Shown here: positions 1-13,208 of the stretch, piece after piece
Layout of the letters: every line of letters starts with the position of its first letter
How positions within the stretch are numbered: the first letter of the stretch is position 1
Source of the DNA: Felis catus
Taxonomy: Eukaryota
Reading direction: 5' to 3'
Assembly (NCBI RefSeq): GCF_018350175.1
Contig: NC_058373.1
Coordinates: 85,126,001 to 85,190,000, forward strand
DNA length: 64,000 bases
The notes under the pieces: model-generated
Told to the model about the DNA's origin: nothing
Seen by the model: the letters and a program-made list of their open reading frames with translations, nothing else
Database searches by the model: none
Translations under genes and position numbers: made by a program

Positions 1-939
1 TGCTCTAGTGGCCCCTTCAAATTCCTCTCTTGCACTGACCTTCCTTAAAACTACAGGTCTGTCACTTGCAATGGAAAGAATCTTGACTACTTGAATACCT
101 CTGGATTGGAACTGTGTGCACAGGAAAAGAAGGATATGGAAAAGAAGGATATTGCTTGAAAAATATTTTTTTCACAATAAACATATACTACGTGTCTAAT
201 AAAAATACTAATAGGAATAAAAACAAGAGAAATTTATCACGAAAAATGTGTCTAAGAAACATTGTACAATAGAGGCCATATCTACAGAAAATCAAAGGTA
301 GTGGGGCTTTATTCATGTGTCTATTTCTTATATTGGGCTTTGCCAAAGTCTGAAAATAACCCTGAAGTTGTCCTGAGTGAAGGAACTAAGCTAATGTGGT
401 GCTCTATATTTATACTAGAAGAGACTGTAGAATACTTAGAGGAGTGGACAGAGAACAAATCTCAGGCTAACAGCCTAGGACATAGGGGTCTTTGACAATT
501 CCAGGTGAACTTTTCTGCTGCGAGAAGTGTGTGTATTCTGTTGAAGGCACAATGATATGCTTTGGATTGCAGATGAGGGGATGATAGGGGTGACATTATT
601 TTATGAAAGAAGATATGCTGAATTGTGTTCTTACCCAAATGAAAGATCACTTCACTTGCAAATGGAAGTGTGTCACTGAGGTCCCTGCAGGTTGGGGCCA
701 AGTTTTCTTCTAGAGGCAACTTCAGATCGCCTAAGCCCTTGTAAGTATTTTACTGAGATCTTAGGTTAGCATAAGATGGATTCAGCACATCACAGGGGAA
801 AGAGACTTGAACTCTACATTTTTCTGCTTTGACTCATCGACACCTATAACCTTAGCAATCTCCTAGGGCTGGGTTCCTTTTGTGCAGCTACAGATGCAGA
901 GGCCTAACTGGGTTTTTTGGACTAATCTGTTTGGAAGTC

Positions 940-1510
940 CTTCAAGGTCAATATGTCAGAAACTGAACTCATTATATATGTTTGAAATTATGTCTTTATT
1001 CCCTCTCTAGTTTTGGATACCTCTATTCATCCAAGCCAGTGATCTGGGAGTCATTCTAGATTTTTCCCTTTCCTTCACTCCCAGTATACAATTGATGCCT
1101 CTCTTAAATGTTTATGCATTTTGTCTTTCTCCTCTTCATCTTCAGAACCTCTGCTTTTGGTTCTGCCCTGATTATTTCTCATAGGGTTAATTAATTAACG
1201 CAACAAGTTTTATTGAGCATCTATTATGTGTCAAACACTGTGTCAGGCTCTGATTTTAAGTGGAGCAAAACTCACAGTTCCTGCCCTCACAAAGCTTCCA
1301 GCCTAGGAGGTTACTACAATACATCTCAATTGATGTCTTGCTTACAGAGCACAAGCTGAGTTCATCCTTCACTGTACTGCCTGAACACTCTCTAAAATGC
1401 CAGTCCAGAATGTAAATCTGACTTAATTAATTGCTTCTGGGATAAAATGAAACTCCTTAGCCTGGCACACAAATGATTCATGACCTGGCTCCTTCTTCTG
1501 TCTTCAATCT
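940..1510. mobile_element. Degenerate L2 LINE fragments
   Basis: L2-like phrases (aactgaactcatta; ctgggagtcattctagattt; tttattgagcatctattatgtg; ctccttagcctggcacac). Boundaries approximate. Confidence 0.55.
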
Positions 1511-1789
1511 CATTTTTTTAAAATTATAATAGCAGAAAGAGTGACTAAAGAATGACCATTTCCCCAAAGCCATCACTGAACACGTCTCACTATTCATACA
1601 AGACTTCATAGTAGGGTAAAATCATGTGGTAGTCTATATTTGTAAAAAGAAAATGGAAAAAAATATTCTTTTCCTCTCCATTTTAAGACTTTCTATTCAG
1701 TTCCTGGGCCTAGAAGATAATGGATTCAGATACCTGATTTGGAAGTTCCTTTGCCCTTTGTTAAATACTCTCTTAAAAATAAAAGAACA

Positions 1790-3420
1790 TTTGCAGATGA
1801 ATTATTAGAACTAACAAGATATTTCATCAGAGTTATTGAATACAGGTTCAATATAAAAAAATTAGAAAATATAGAAAAGTAATGTCATTCACAATAGTGA
1901 CAAAAACTTCAAGGTACTAAGAATATATTTGACAAAGGGTATGTAAGACCTTAAAGAAGTTAATTATAAAACTTTGCTAAAGTAAATAAAATAGAATTAA
2001 ATAAATGGAGATATGTAATAAGTTTATGGATAAGAAGAATCAATATCAATGTTATTTCTTTGCAAGTTAATCTATAAAGTCAATTTATTCTAATAAAACT
2101 TGCAACAAATTGTTTTATCTTGAAACTTGATAAGTTGAAACCAAAGTTCATATAGAATAATAAAATTCCCAGAAAAGCCAAAACCATTCAAAGAATTGGG
2201 GGAAGGATACCCTATTGGATAGCAAGTATAATGTGAAGTGAAGCAATTAAAACAGTATAATATTGGCACAAAGGTAGGCAATTAGACCACATATACATGT
2301 GGGACATTGATGTAGAGCAGAGAGGGCAGCATAAATCGATAAGGAATGTATAGATCTTCTTATAAATGATACTGGGACAAAAGACTGTATGGGAAAAGAA
2401 TTGGATATTTATTTTGCACTGCACACAAAATTAAATGCTAAAGGGGTTAAAGACCTAAAAAGAAAACAAAAACTTTAAAAATTGGGGATATCTTTAATCC
2501 CCAGGTTAAGGAAGAATTTCTTACAATGAAAGCACAAGTCAAATAAAAGAATAAATATATTAACTAATTGAAAATTTGTAGGCAAAAGGCATCATAAAAA
2601 TTAACCATTAAAATTTTTTTCTAATATTTGTTTATTTTTGAGTGAGAGAGAGAGAGATACAGAACACGAGCAGGGAAGGAGCAGAGAGGGAGACACAGAA
2701 TCCGAAGCAGGCTCCAGGCTCTGAGCTGTCAGCACAGAGCCTGACGTGGGGCTCAAACTCATGAACCATGAGATCATGACCTGAGCCAAAGTCAGACTCT
2801 CAACCAACTAAGCCACCCAGGCGCCCCCCAAAATTAACCATGTTGAGTAGATATTTGCTACACATCATCCCACACTGAACTCTCTGTTACTGAAAAGCGT
2901 GCCTGAATTTCTTTCTCTTCTGTCTGGATGAAAAGCATCATTATGTACCTGTTAGCTCAAGTAATTATTGTTATTAAAATAATAATTTCATTGTTTTATA
3001 TGAAAGAAATTAAGGAGCAAGTCAACACGATAAATAGAAACAACTCCATAAAAAAGTAAATGCCCCAAAAGGCCAGGTCATAGAAGAAACCCCAAAAGTT
3101 AATATATGAAAGATATTCAACTTCACCTGTGATAAGGTAAATCTGAATTAAAACAATAAGGCACTACTTCATGCCCACCAGATGGGCAAATTTTTACCAG
3201 TCTGGTAGTCCCACGCATTGGCTAGAATGAGATGAAAGAGGAGCTGTCATGGTGGAAACGATTTGGTGCGGCCTGATGAAGTGGAAGATGTACAGCCTTT
3301 AGTGATTCCACTTTTATTTAGCACCCTAGAAACACTGTCACGCATTTGTAAATATTTTTACTGTTGACTTGTTATAATAGCAAAAATTTCTAACACCTGA
3401 AACTTCCTTGAGACCTGGAC
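1790..3420 (+). mobile_element. Old L1M (ORF2 3' part/3'UTR) fragment, interrupted by a CanSINE
   Basis: A-rich L1 ORF2-like text (attattagaactaaca; aataaatggagatat; aattaaaacagtat..ttggcacaaagg; attaaaacaataaggcactac). No intact ORF. Confidence 0.7.
2609..2829 (-). mobile_element. CanSINE (SINEC)
   Basis: Ends ccacccaggcgcccc (reverse complement of the SINE head), (GA)n, T-rich tail; TSD aaaattaaccat at 2597-2608 and 2830-2841. Confidence 0.95.
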
Positions 3421-3425
3421 AAGTG

Positions 3426-3787
3426 TGTGTCTCAGTCTGTTCAGCTACTCTCACAAACTACCACAGACTGGGTAGCTTATAAACAACAGAAATTTTTCTC
3501 ACAGTGCTGGAGGCTGGAAGGTCAAGATCAAGTTGTCAGCATGGCCCCCCCCCAGTGGAGGTCCTTTTCCTGGTTCATAGCCAGCACCATCCCACTGTGT
3601 TCCCGCATGGTGGGTGGGGCCAGGGATCTCTCTGGAAACTCTGATCTAGGCACTAATTTCATTCATGAGAGCTCCACCCTCGTGACCTAAGTCCCTGTGG
3701 AAGGCCCCACCTTCTGATACCATCTCCTTGGGCATTAAGGTTTCAAAATATGAATTTTGAAGGGGTATAAACATTTAGACCCTAACA
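3426..3787 (-). mobile_element. MaLR solo LTR (MLT1A-like)
   Basis: tgtctcagtctgttcagct..accacagactgggtagcttataaacaacagaaattt..ggaggctggaagg..atatgaattttg..ctaaca, typical MLT1 antisense text. Confidence 0.8.
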
Positions 3788-3789
3788 AT

Positions 3790-5930
3790 ACATTATTATG
3801 TATTCCCACATTTAATGTAATTACTGACATATTTGGGTTATATATACAGTTTTCTCCTTTATTTTGTATTTATCCCATGTTCTCCATTCTCCCTTTTTTC
3901 CTCTTTTTGACTTTTATGAATTAAATATTTTTAATTAATTTCTCCCCTCTATTAGCTGAATAGTTTTTCTCTCTCAAGCAATTCTTTTAATGGTTGCCCT
4001 TGATGTTAACAACATGTATCCTTGCTTGACTAAATAGATCTATAATTTAGTATTTTTACCACTTCCCAAGCAGTACAAGGTCTGTAGAACACTTTATCTA
4101 ATTTTACTCCTGCTTGCTTTTGTGCTATTTGTTGTCATTGATCTCATTTTTACATATATTTTAAACCTACCTTATCATTATTGTTTTATAAAGTTAATAA
4201 TCATTTCAATTTGACCACATACTTACCTTTTCTTGCTCTCCATTGTGTCCTGCATTCCTATACTTATATCTGAAATCACGGTACTTTTGTCTGAAGGACT
4301 TACTTAAATATTTATTTTAGTGTGGGTCTTTTGGCAATAAGTTCTTAGAGTTTTTATTTGGACGTATCTTTATTTTTTCTTCATATTTGAAGGATATTTT
4401 GCTATGTATGTAATGGCAAATTAGAAGTTATTTTCTTTCTGCAATTCAGTGATATCATTGCATTTTCTTTGGTTTCTTTTTTTTCTGTTGGTGAGTCAAC
4501 TAACTTACTGTTTCTTCTTTAACAGTAAGGTGTCTTTCTTCTCTGGACCCTTCTAAGATGTTCTCTTTGACTTCAGCTTTAGGCAGTTTTGCATGACACA
4601 TTTAAGTGCATTAAGTTTTCTTGATATTTATCCTGCCCGTGTTTAAGAGTTTCTTTAATCTAGGGCTTGAGATGGCTTTTGTTAGTTTCTGAAAATTCTC
4701 ATGTGTCAGTATCATTCTTTCTTGCCTCTTCTCTGAAACTTCAGTTATACAGGTATTAGCCATTTACCATGTTCCACATATCTCTTAAGCTTTTTGCATT
4801 TTTAATTTTTTTCTCCATGTTCTAGTCTTGATATTTTTTATTGATCTGTTTTTGTTTCCTAATTTCTTCTTCTGTGTCTGATATGCCTTTAATTCTGTTT
4901 ATTGAGTTTTTTATTTTCAGCTATTGTATTTTATAGATTTTATTTGCCTGATGGAAGTCTCCATCTTGTATATCTTACTGGAAATATTATGTAAAATTAT
5001 TTTAAAGTCTATTTTTGATAGTTTCAATATCTGGATTACCTTTTGGTTTATTGTTTATTTCCTGTTTTTTCTTCTTCTTGGGTTTTGATAATTTTCTTTC
5101 CTGGCATGCTTAGTGATTTTTAAAAAAATTGAATCTACATTGTATAAGACAAATTGAAAAGGCTCTGATGTTATCCTAGTCCAGATAGGAGTTAATTAGT
5201 TTGTTTGTTTTAGTGGTACATAAAATGAAGGAAAGTCATCTTGATTCATTTAGGGAGAAAGATGTTTCAAGGATGGATTTAAGTTTTTGTGGGAGCTGGT
5301 GTATATCTGGTTTGCTTTACTGCTAAGGCATAGCATTTGGAGGTTCTGAACTGAAAGCCTGGAGTATTCATCAGATCATCTCTTCCTCACTGGGCCTTGA
5401 ACTTCAATTTTTATCTCTCCAGCACCAAAAGACAGTTGACAGCTTGGCTTAGATTTAACCTCTTAGCTATTGCTTTCTGCTTGGCTCCCTGGCTTCTCAT
5501 CTTTTGTGGTTTAGGAATTAGCAAATTCCTCAAAGGGAAAAGTGGCCAATGATTTCTAGCTAATTTCTCTGTGATTCCCTTTTCTTGTGGATCCTGCTCC
5601 TTCTAATTCTTGACTATCCTAAGTTATAATTTTTATCTCTCTGTCCCTCCGTGTAAGATTGACAAAACCTCTGAGTCACTGTTTTCCACTTTGCTTCTTA
5701 GTCCTGAGCCTTTAAGATTTGGTAAATGCCTTGAAAGAAAAGGTGATAGGAAGTGTCATGGTCATTCCAATGCATTTACCTTCTCCCTAGGATTAGCCCT
5801 CAAATTTTGAAAGATTTGGTTGCTCTCCAATGCCTTAGAAAATGGCTTTGTTTTTGTAACTTATTGAGATTTTTTGCTATTCCTGGCATGAGGGTTGGTC
5901 TTATAGGTTAGTCTGCTAGCTACTCCAACA
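3790..5930 (-). mobile_element. Old L1M fragment (antisense, T-rich)
   Basis: T-rich L1 antisense phrases (ttgaaggatatttt; ttctctttgacttcagcttt; tttctgaaaattctc). Degenerate. Confidence 0.6.
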
Positions 5931-6364
5931 GAAGTACTTAATCTCCTTTTTATTTTTTATTCTTCTTTTCTATTGCTGGTGAGTTATATCTATTTTAAGA
6001 CAACATTCTCATTCATTACAATAACCAACCTCGAATTGGTCCATTACTATTAACTTATACACTAGCAGAGTAAAATATCTCAAAATGAGTAATAATGTTG
6101 GAATTTAGCTTGGTCAGAGAACCATGCCAGATTCCTGTGGTTAGAGATTTAAGTCACACTAGAATCATTTGTATTACTCCCTTCCTGTGAGAAAAGGTAA
6201 AACTATCTATGGGAAACATATTCATAATTTCATAACTCATTAAAACTCAGAAATGAGGAAGACTAACTTGAAAAACTTTCCTTCACTGATTTCATTAGGT
6301 TTTTTGATCTGAGAATTACTTTTAAAAATGCCCTTTCATTGCTCTCCTGGCTAATAGTATTTTT

Positions 6365-6441
6365 GGTTTTTTAAGTTTTTAAAATTTTTTAAAAAGTTTT
6401 TAAAAAGTTTTTTAAGTTTATTTATTTTGAGAGAGAGGAGG

Positions 6442-6489
<48 letters not shown>

Positions 6490-6612
6490 CCCAAGCAGGT
6501 TCTGCACTGTCAGTGCAGAGCCCCACACAGGGCTGGAACCCACAAACTGTGGGATCAGGACCTGAGCTGAAATTGAGTCAGATGCTTAACTGACTGAGCC
6601 ACCCAGGCACCA
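6365..6612 (-). mobile_element. CanSINE with long (GA)n tract
   Basis: TSD ctggctaatagtattttt at 6347-6364 and 6613-6630. Confidence 0.95.
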
Positions 6613-6744
6613 CTGGCTAATAGTATTTTTCTGTGGCCTGAATTTACTAAATCAAGAAAAATTTATTTGGGAGTAAGACTTTAGTTATACTGAATACTCT
6701 ATATTAAATCTGTAATGTCACCAGTGTGAATTTTATAAAAATTC

Positions 6745-6885
6745 AGAGACAGTATGAGTTAGTGGGAAGGAACATGGACTAGGAGTTCAGATTCCAGTTT
6801 CTAGTCTTGTTCTGCCATTGATTGTGTGATCTGGATCACACAGATTGCTCTGAGCCTCTGTTTTCTTATCTATAAAATAAAGTGG
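6745..6885 (+). mobile_element. MIR fragment
   Basis: gttctgccattgattgtgtgatctgg..ctctgagcctctgttttcttatctataaaat resembles the MIR core. Confidence 0.65.
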
Positions 6886-6894
6886 TCAAATTTG

Positions 6895-7250
6895 TCAGTG
6901 GTTATGGTAGATTTCATTTTTCAAAAATGGCTATACCAATCAGTACATCCAGTCTCACATGTTCTTACAATGCTACAGACACTACTTGCTGAGAGTGGAG
7001 CCTGTGTTGTCCTTCCCCCCACCTTCTGCCTTAATCTGGGCAGGAATTTATAACTACTCCAACCAACAGGGTATGGTAGAAGTGATGTTATGTTACTTTT
7101 GAGGCTAGACCACTAAAAAAACACAGTTTCCACTTGGCTCTTTCTCTCTTGGGACATTTGCTCTGAGAACTCAACAACTCTGTTGTGAGGAAGACCAACT
7201 TAGTCCTTGCAGAGAGACAAGATGGAGAGAGATTCATATGGATAGAAACT
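6895..7250 (+). mobile_element. Old MaLR LTR fragment (MLT1F/G/H-like)
   Basis: ccaacagggtatggtagaagtgatg..ttttgaggctag..ttgctctgagaac..tgttgtgaggaagacc. Confidence 0.55.
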
Positions 7251-7759
7251 ATTTTTCCCATTTCAGTTGCATCCTGTATTATCTTGCCTTCAAAGTAACT
7301 GGTATCTCGAATTCCTGGGTCCTTCTGTAGAATTGGCTTATTTCTTATTGGCTTTCCTTACTGTAAGTATTTAGTTTCTAACTTTCTCTGGTCTGCTGGG
7401 TTAATACATCCTCTGCTTTCCAGATTCCAAAATTTTGTCCTTAGCTCTCATTTGCTGTTGTCTACTCTCCTTTATTCTTTAGCCTTGGAGCTTCATGTCT
7501 ATTTGCTTCTTTTATTTTGTTTCATAGGATTGAGAATGAGAGATAAATGCTTGTATTCTGTGCTCCGTGTATAACTGGAAGTGTCCTCTTTCCCTTTCTA
7601 GATTTTATATTACAACTCTGTTTTCTTCTTTGTCTTTTCATAATCTTCGAGAGTTCTGATTATAACAACTACTAAAACTTCCTGGAGGGTCAGGTATTTG
7701 CTATGATGTTTCTAGTGAAAAACACAATGTTGGATGCTTTGTGTTTAGTAGCCCATGGA

Positions 7760-8815
7760 GACAAGAGTGGGAATTAAAAGATAATCCCCCACACATATAT
7801 GATCAGTTGATTTCTTTTTATTTCAAAAATGACCAATAGACTTTTAAGAGTAGTTTTAGGCTTACGAAAACCTGAATGGAAAGATCAATAGATTTTTTTA
7901 CAGAAGCGCAAAGCTGATTCAGTGGAGAAAGGATATCCTTTCAACAAATGGCACTGGAACAAGTGGATACTTGTATACAAAAAAATAAACTTCCATCCGT
8001 ACCTCACACCATATACAAATATGAATTCAAAATGGATCACAGACCTAAATATAAAATCTAACCCATAAAATATAAAGAAAAAAACAAGTGAAAGCCTTTA
8101 TGACCTTGGATTAGACAAAGATATCCTAGATTTCTATAAAGGATTGACCATTCTGAGTGTTGGGGAGGTTATGGAGCAACTGGAACTCTCATACACAGCT
8201 GGTGGGAAGGCAAAATGATACAAACACTTTGGAAAACACCTATCCTATAATGCAGTCATTGTACTCTAAGGTATTTACTCGAGGAAAAATGAAAGCATAT
8301 CTCCATACATTGGACACAAATGTTCATGGCAGCTTATTTGTAACATCCATAAACATTGGCAGACGATCCAAATGTCCATCAACAAGCGAATGGATGAACT
8401 ACTGTGTATCCAAGAATGGAATATCGCTTAGCGATAAACAAAAATTAATTCTTGCTACATGAGCAGTATGAATAAACCTGGAAATAAGTATGCTGCGTTA
8501 AAGAAGCCAGATTACAAAGAGTACATATTATTTTATTCCATTTATATAAACTTCTAGAGGGTGTAAATTAATCTGTAGTGATAGAAAGCTGATTAGTGGT
8601 TGCCTGGGTATAGGGTGGGGCAAGAGTAGGAAGGAGAGATTGTAATGGGCAGTAGGAAACAAAAGACATCCCCCCCCAAATGGATGATGGTGGTATTCAC
8701 TATATTGACTGTAGGTGATGGATTCATCTGTGTATATTATGTACCAAATTGTACACCTTAGATGTGTGCAGTTTTTTAAATGTCAATTATACCTCAATAA
8801 AACTGTCAAAAAAAG
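7760..8815 (+). mobile_element. L1MB/MC-like ORF2 3' end and 3'UTR with internal deletion
   Basis: tcaacaaatggcactggaacaagtgg; caaaatggatcacagacctaaat; ccaaatgtccatcaacaag; ends tatacctcaataaaactgtcaaaaaaa. ORF 8157-8462 contains the L1 remnant SKCPSTSEW. Confidence 0.85.
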
Positions 8816-9442
8816 GGCAACCTAGACATTTATGTCTTGAATGTGTTTTAGTGATTTTAAGGAAAAAAACCTCTAAAGTTAAATGAGAAATTCTGTCTCT
8901 GAAGAGTTAAAAGTAGTCGTTAGAAAACGCTCCATTAACCTGAAGTGTTTCTTGCCTCTTCTCATTTGGAAATATAAAATGATGACTAAAAACTACTCAA
9001 TATGCATGCCAAATTGAAGTTGATTAACCTCTGACCTTTACACATCATTTAATGAGGCAGCATGCACACTGGCACAAAGAAGGCTCTGTCAAAATGCTGA
9101 GTTTGAGATGATTCCTTTTCTGGAGCTCTTTGTTTTGCTCCCAGCCCACCTAATTTGACTCTTGTCATGCTCATACAAGGCTGGGGGCTTTATGTGAATC
9201 CCAATCAGTCACAGTTGTTGGCAGAAACAGCCTGGTAGAGAATGATAGTGTCGTGGTTTTTCATGTATAAAAAGATGTATGTGATCAACAGAAAATAAAA
9301 TTTCCTTTTGTCTCTGGTGAGTCCAATTTAGCAATTATTATGGTATTTGAAGAAAATGTCAGTGCAGTCATTTTGTTTAGATTATTTTGTATCTTGATGA
9401 GCTAAGGAAGGAGAGTGAATGCGGAGATAGGTGGTGTGTGCC

Positions 9443-9574
9443 NNNNNNNNNNNNNNNNNNNNNNNNNNNNNNNNNNNNNNNNNNNNNNNNNNNNNNNNNN
9501 NNNNNNNNNNNNNNNNNNNNNNNNNNNNNNNNNNNNNNNNNNNNNNNNNNNNNNNNNNNNNNNNNNNNNNNNNN
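9443..9574. other. N block, 132 bp
   Basis: Counted directly; content not visible. Confidence 0.99.
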
Positions 9575-10174
9575 TTTCTTTCATGATGTTGTCCAGCTAT
9601 GAAAACGAGTCTTGCATTAAACATGTTTAGAGTCTTCAGAGGATAACCGAGCTCTTGGCGATGTGTCATCCTCTTATATTATTTATTTCTATTGTTATTG
9701 TCATCGTGATCATCCCTATCATCATTAAACCTCTCTTGATCGTCAAGGTGCAGGGACAAACAAAACCCCCACAGAACTCGTGCGTTTAAAACAATGTGAA
9801 AATTCAAGACTCCCTTCATATAGTCTCAGTTAATCATGTGACAGGTCTGGAGATGATGACATATCTATAATTCTCACATAAGAAATGAAAACTTTAAAAA
9901 ATAGCTTTTAAAAGCAATACAGTACCACAGTTGGTGGATGATGACTATTATAGAATCTTCCTATCTCTATTACATAAAGTTACCTCAGGAACTATTAAGG
10001 CTCTTCAAAGGGAAGCAATAATTTGGGCCTTAGTTTCACAGAACCTACTTGTTATCTGGAACAGGCCATGATGTAAGATGATTTTCTTATTCATCCATAC
10101 AGCTGAGGTAAAAAACATAAACTCTTAGAGGGAAAGGACCATTCTGTCATCTATCTGACTTCTTTAGCAGGCAT

Positions 10175-10660
10175 GCATTCATTCAATAACACTTACTGGG
10201 TGGCTAGATATAGGAACACATACAGATAATAAGCAAATACTTTGGTAAGAATATGATAGCACAGAGGTAGGATCTAGGCATTATGAGAGGCACAGAGGAG
10301 GCTCCAAACTTCATGTTGGCGGTGGTAGTGGTGCTCAGAAAAGGCTTTCTGGAGGAAATGTCTTAGCTAAGATCTGAAAGGTGAATAGTAATTAACAAGA
10401 CAGAGGGACTACGGAGGTAGATGATGGTGGGGACAGAGGCCAGCACACATGGAAGCTCAGAGGGGAGAGAGAACTTTGTACTTTTGTAAAACCAAATGGA
10501 GTTCAGTCTGGCTGGAGAACAGAGTGAATGGAAGAGTGGTAAGGCATATCTCTGGGGAGGTAAACAAGGGCCAGAGTAAGACCTAGCATACAAGATCAAT
10601 GGAGAGTCACTAAAGTAATTTAAGTGGGGATTCACCTGCTTAATTTCACTTTATAAAGGA
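10175..10660 (-). mobile_element. L2 3' fragment
   Basis: cattcattcaataacacttactggg; aaggctttctggaggaaatg..taagatctgaa; gttcagtctggctggag. Confidence 0.65.
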
Positions 10661-10874
10661 TTTAATATCATCCAATGAGAAGAAAAATTAGATTTGAAAG
10701 CAGAGTATTACAAAATATTATAATGAAAATTTGTTAAATATATGAATGTCAATAAGCATATTGCCATTTATTTGTCTCTTTCTCTATATTTGGGGTAGTT
10801 TTCATTTTATTTTATTGTAATATGTCTTTTGAAATAGACTGATATTCATGTTTGAATATATTATTTAGAATTTA

Positions 10875-11094
10875 TTTTTAAAAAAATTTTTAGAGACAGA
10901 GAGCTTGAGCAGGGGATGGGGCAGATTGAAAGAGAGAGAGAGAGAGAGAGGGAGAGAAAGAGAGAGAGAAACTTAAGCAGGCTCCATGCTCAGGATGGAG
11001 CCCAATGTAGGGCTCAATCCCACAACATTGAGATGATGGCCTGAGCCAAAATCAAGAGTCAGACACTCAACTGACTAAGTCACCCAGGCGCCCC
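10875..11094 (-). mobile_element. Older CanSINE
   Basis: Imperfect TSD atttagaattta; head cacccaggcgcccc. Confidence 0.92.
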
Positions 11095-12672
11095 TATCAT
11101 TTAGAATTTAAAACCACAGCTGGTAGGCTCCTTCCCCTGGAGGTAGGGAAACTAAGAAAAAAATCTCTATGAACCAAATTCATAGTGTTTTCACACACAA
11201 GTTCCATGAAAACCAACTAAAATGGGCATAAAAGGACAGCAGAATCATACAATACTTACTTATCCTATGAGTTGGGTTTGTATTTACACCTTACTTAGAA
11301 AAACTCAATGCATCTAAGAAATGGAAATTAGAGCTAGAAGCATTTATATTTTGAGACCAAGTTTTTCTACATAGCTATGCAGTAACCATTGTATGAAATA
11401 GTTAATTAATGGACCCAGCAAACATTTATGAGTGCAAACCTTGTGTAAAGTACAGTGCCAGAAGTTTGAGCAAACCAGGCAGCTAAGTTTTGTACTGACC
11501 ATAAGAACATTTCAGCATCCCTGCATCCCACTTACTAGTTGGTCAACGTGTCTCTTCCTCATAGACTGACTATATGCTCCAAGGAGAGACACATTGATCA
11601 ACTGGTAAGTGGGATGCAAGGGTGGTAAAATGTTCTAATAGTCAGTGCAAATCTTCCCGGTGCCTGGGGCAGTAGTGCTGAAGTGCAAGACAGAAGAGGC
11701 TTATTTGGACACCTATCTTTAGCCTCTGAAGAATCCCTGTGGCCGGTGGGGGGGGGGGGGAGGGGGAAGAATCTCTGTGAATCCTATATGTTTTTATGTT
11801 CATTGAGCTTCTAGTCCTTATTCTCTCATTAGCACTTTATCCTTTTTTGATCTGGCTTCTTGTATCATTCCCAGATTTTGAATATTTTTTTCACCTGCAA
11901 GCTAGGGGTTTTGCTGTAAGAACCTCTCCACTGGAATCATAAGAAGGCTGACTCAAAAGTCAGTTGATCACTATAGGATTAAGGAAGAGGTTGGAAATTA
12001 GAGTTTAAATGGACCTTTTGTAGAGAAACTGTGAAGCTTAGATATGGCCCGTGTACAGTGTGATTCCTGGTGGTGGTCAAGGACCAGACTATGGTGGTAC
12101 AGTTTTGTTGCCTAGTTAAAAATGTCTTTCATTTATTATTTTTGCTGTATAAAACACTGGTGGGTTGAAGTCCATATCCTTGTTTAACTGATGACTAAAC
12201 TTGGATCCATGGAGAATAGGAATGACATGCCTATGGTCCTTATGTTGTCCTTAAATCATGTCTTCTTTGTCCATGCTAAGTCAGGGATTGTTTTAATTGT
12301 AGAGTAGGCTTTTAAATTAAATATATGGGTATGAGGCTAGGCATATACTGGACTTACCACACTAAGCCATGGGTAGACCTACATCATAAAAGCAGTTTAT
12401 GTATCTTTAATAGAAATAGAATAACCTTAGGTGGTGAAATGTTATAGTGGTGGCTTTTGTTTTAATTTCTTTGAGTTTAATGGGTAATGAGAATTGTTTG
12501 AAGGTACATATAAATGTGGGAATGCAAATATGTGGCACTACAGTGTTTTTCATGAATGTTTTCATTATGTTTTCTTTTCATTATGGGAAACAAAACAGTC
12601 TTCTATCCTAACCTCCCTCTAGCACATTGCCAAGAAGCTGTGCCCTTAGCTTCTGGGGCTCTGTGATTTAAA

Positions 12673-12889
12673 TAAATTTTTTTTCAACGTTTATTTTTAT
12701 TTTTGGGACAGAGAGAGACAGAGCATGAACGGGGGAGGGGCAGAGAGAGAGGGAGACACAGAATCGGAAACAGGCTCCAGGCTCTGAGCCATCAGCCCAG
12801 AGCCCGACGCGGGGCTCGAACTCACAGACCGCGAGACCGTGACCTGGCTGAAGTCGGACGCTTAACCGACTGCGCCACCCAGGCGCCCC
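12673..12889 (-). mobile_element. Young felid CanSINE (SINEC_Fc-type)
   Basis: CpG-rich, near-consensus copy; TSD tgtgatttaaa at 12662-12672 and 12891-12901. Confidence 0.97.
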
Positions 12890-12916
12890 ATGTGATTTAA
12901 AAAGTCATAGCCATCA

Positions 12917-13091
12917 GGGGCGCCTGGGTGGCTCAGTCAGTGTCTGACTTCGGCTCAGGTCATGATCTCTTGGGTGGTGAGTTTGAGCCCCAGGTTGGGC
13001 TCTGTGCTGCTTTGAATTCTGTGTCTCCCCCTCTCTTTACCCCTCTCATGCTCTGCCTCTTAATGATAAATAAACATTAAAAAAATTTTTT
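12917..13091 (+). mobile_element. CanSINE with internal deletions
   Basis: Head ggggcgcctgggtggctcag; TSD taaaaagtcatagcca. Confidence 0.92.
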
Positions 13092-13208
13092 TAAAAAGTC
13101 ATAGCCAGCCAAATGGTATGTGTATTTGATATATTCTAAAGAAAAAAATACATATATTTCATTATGTATTCATGCAGCTTCTATAAGCTGCATATGGCCT
13201 TGGCCCCC

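Noticed and set aside
12703-12900. Recurrent ORFs such as MGQRETEHERGRGRERG and MAQSVKRPTSAQV
   Set aside because: These are translations of CanSINE sequence, not genes.
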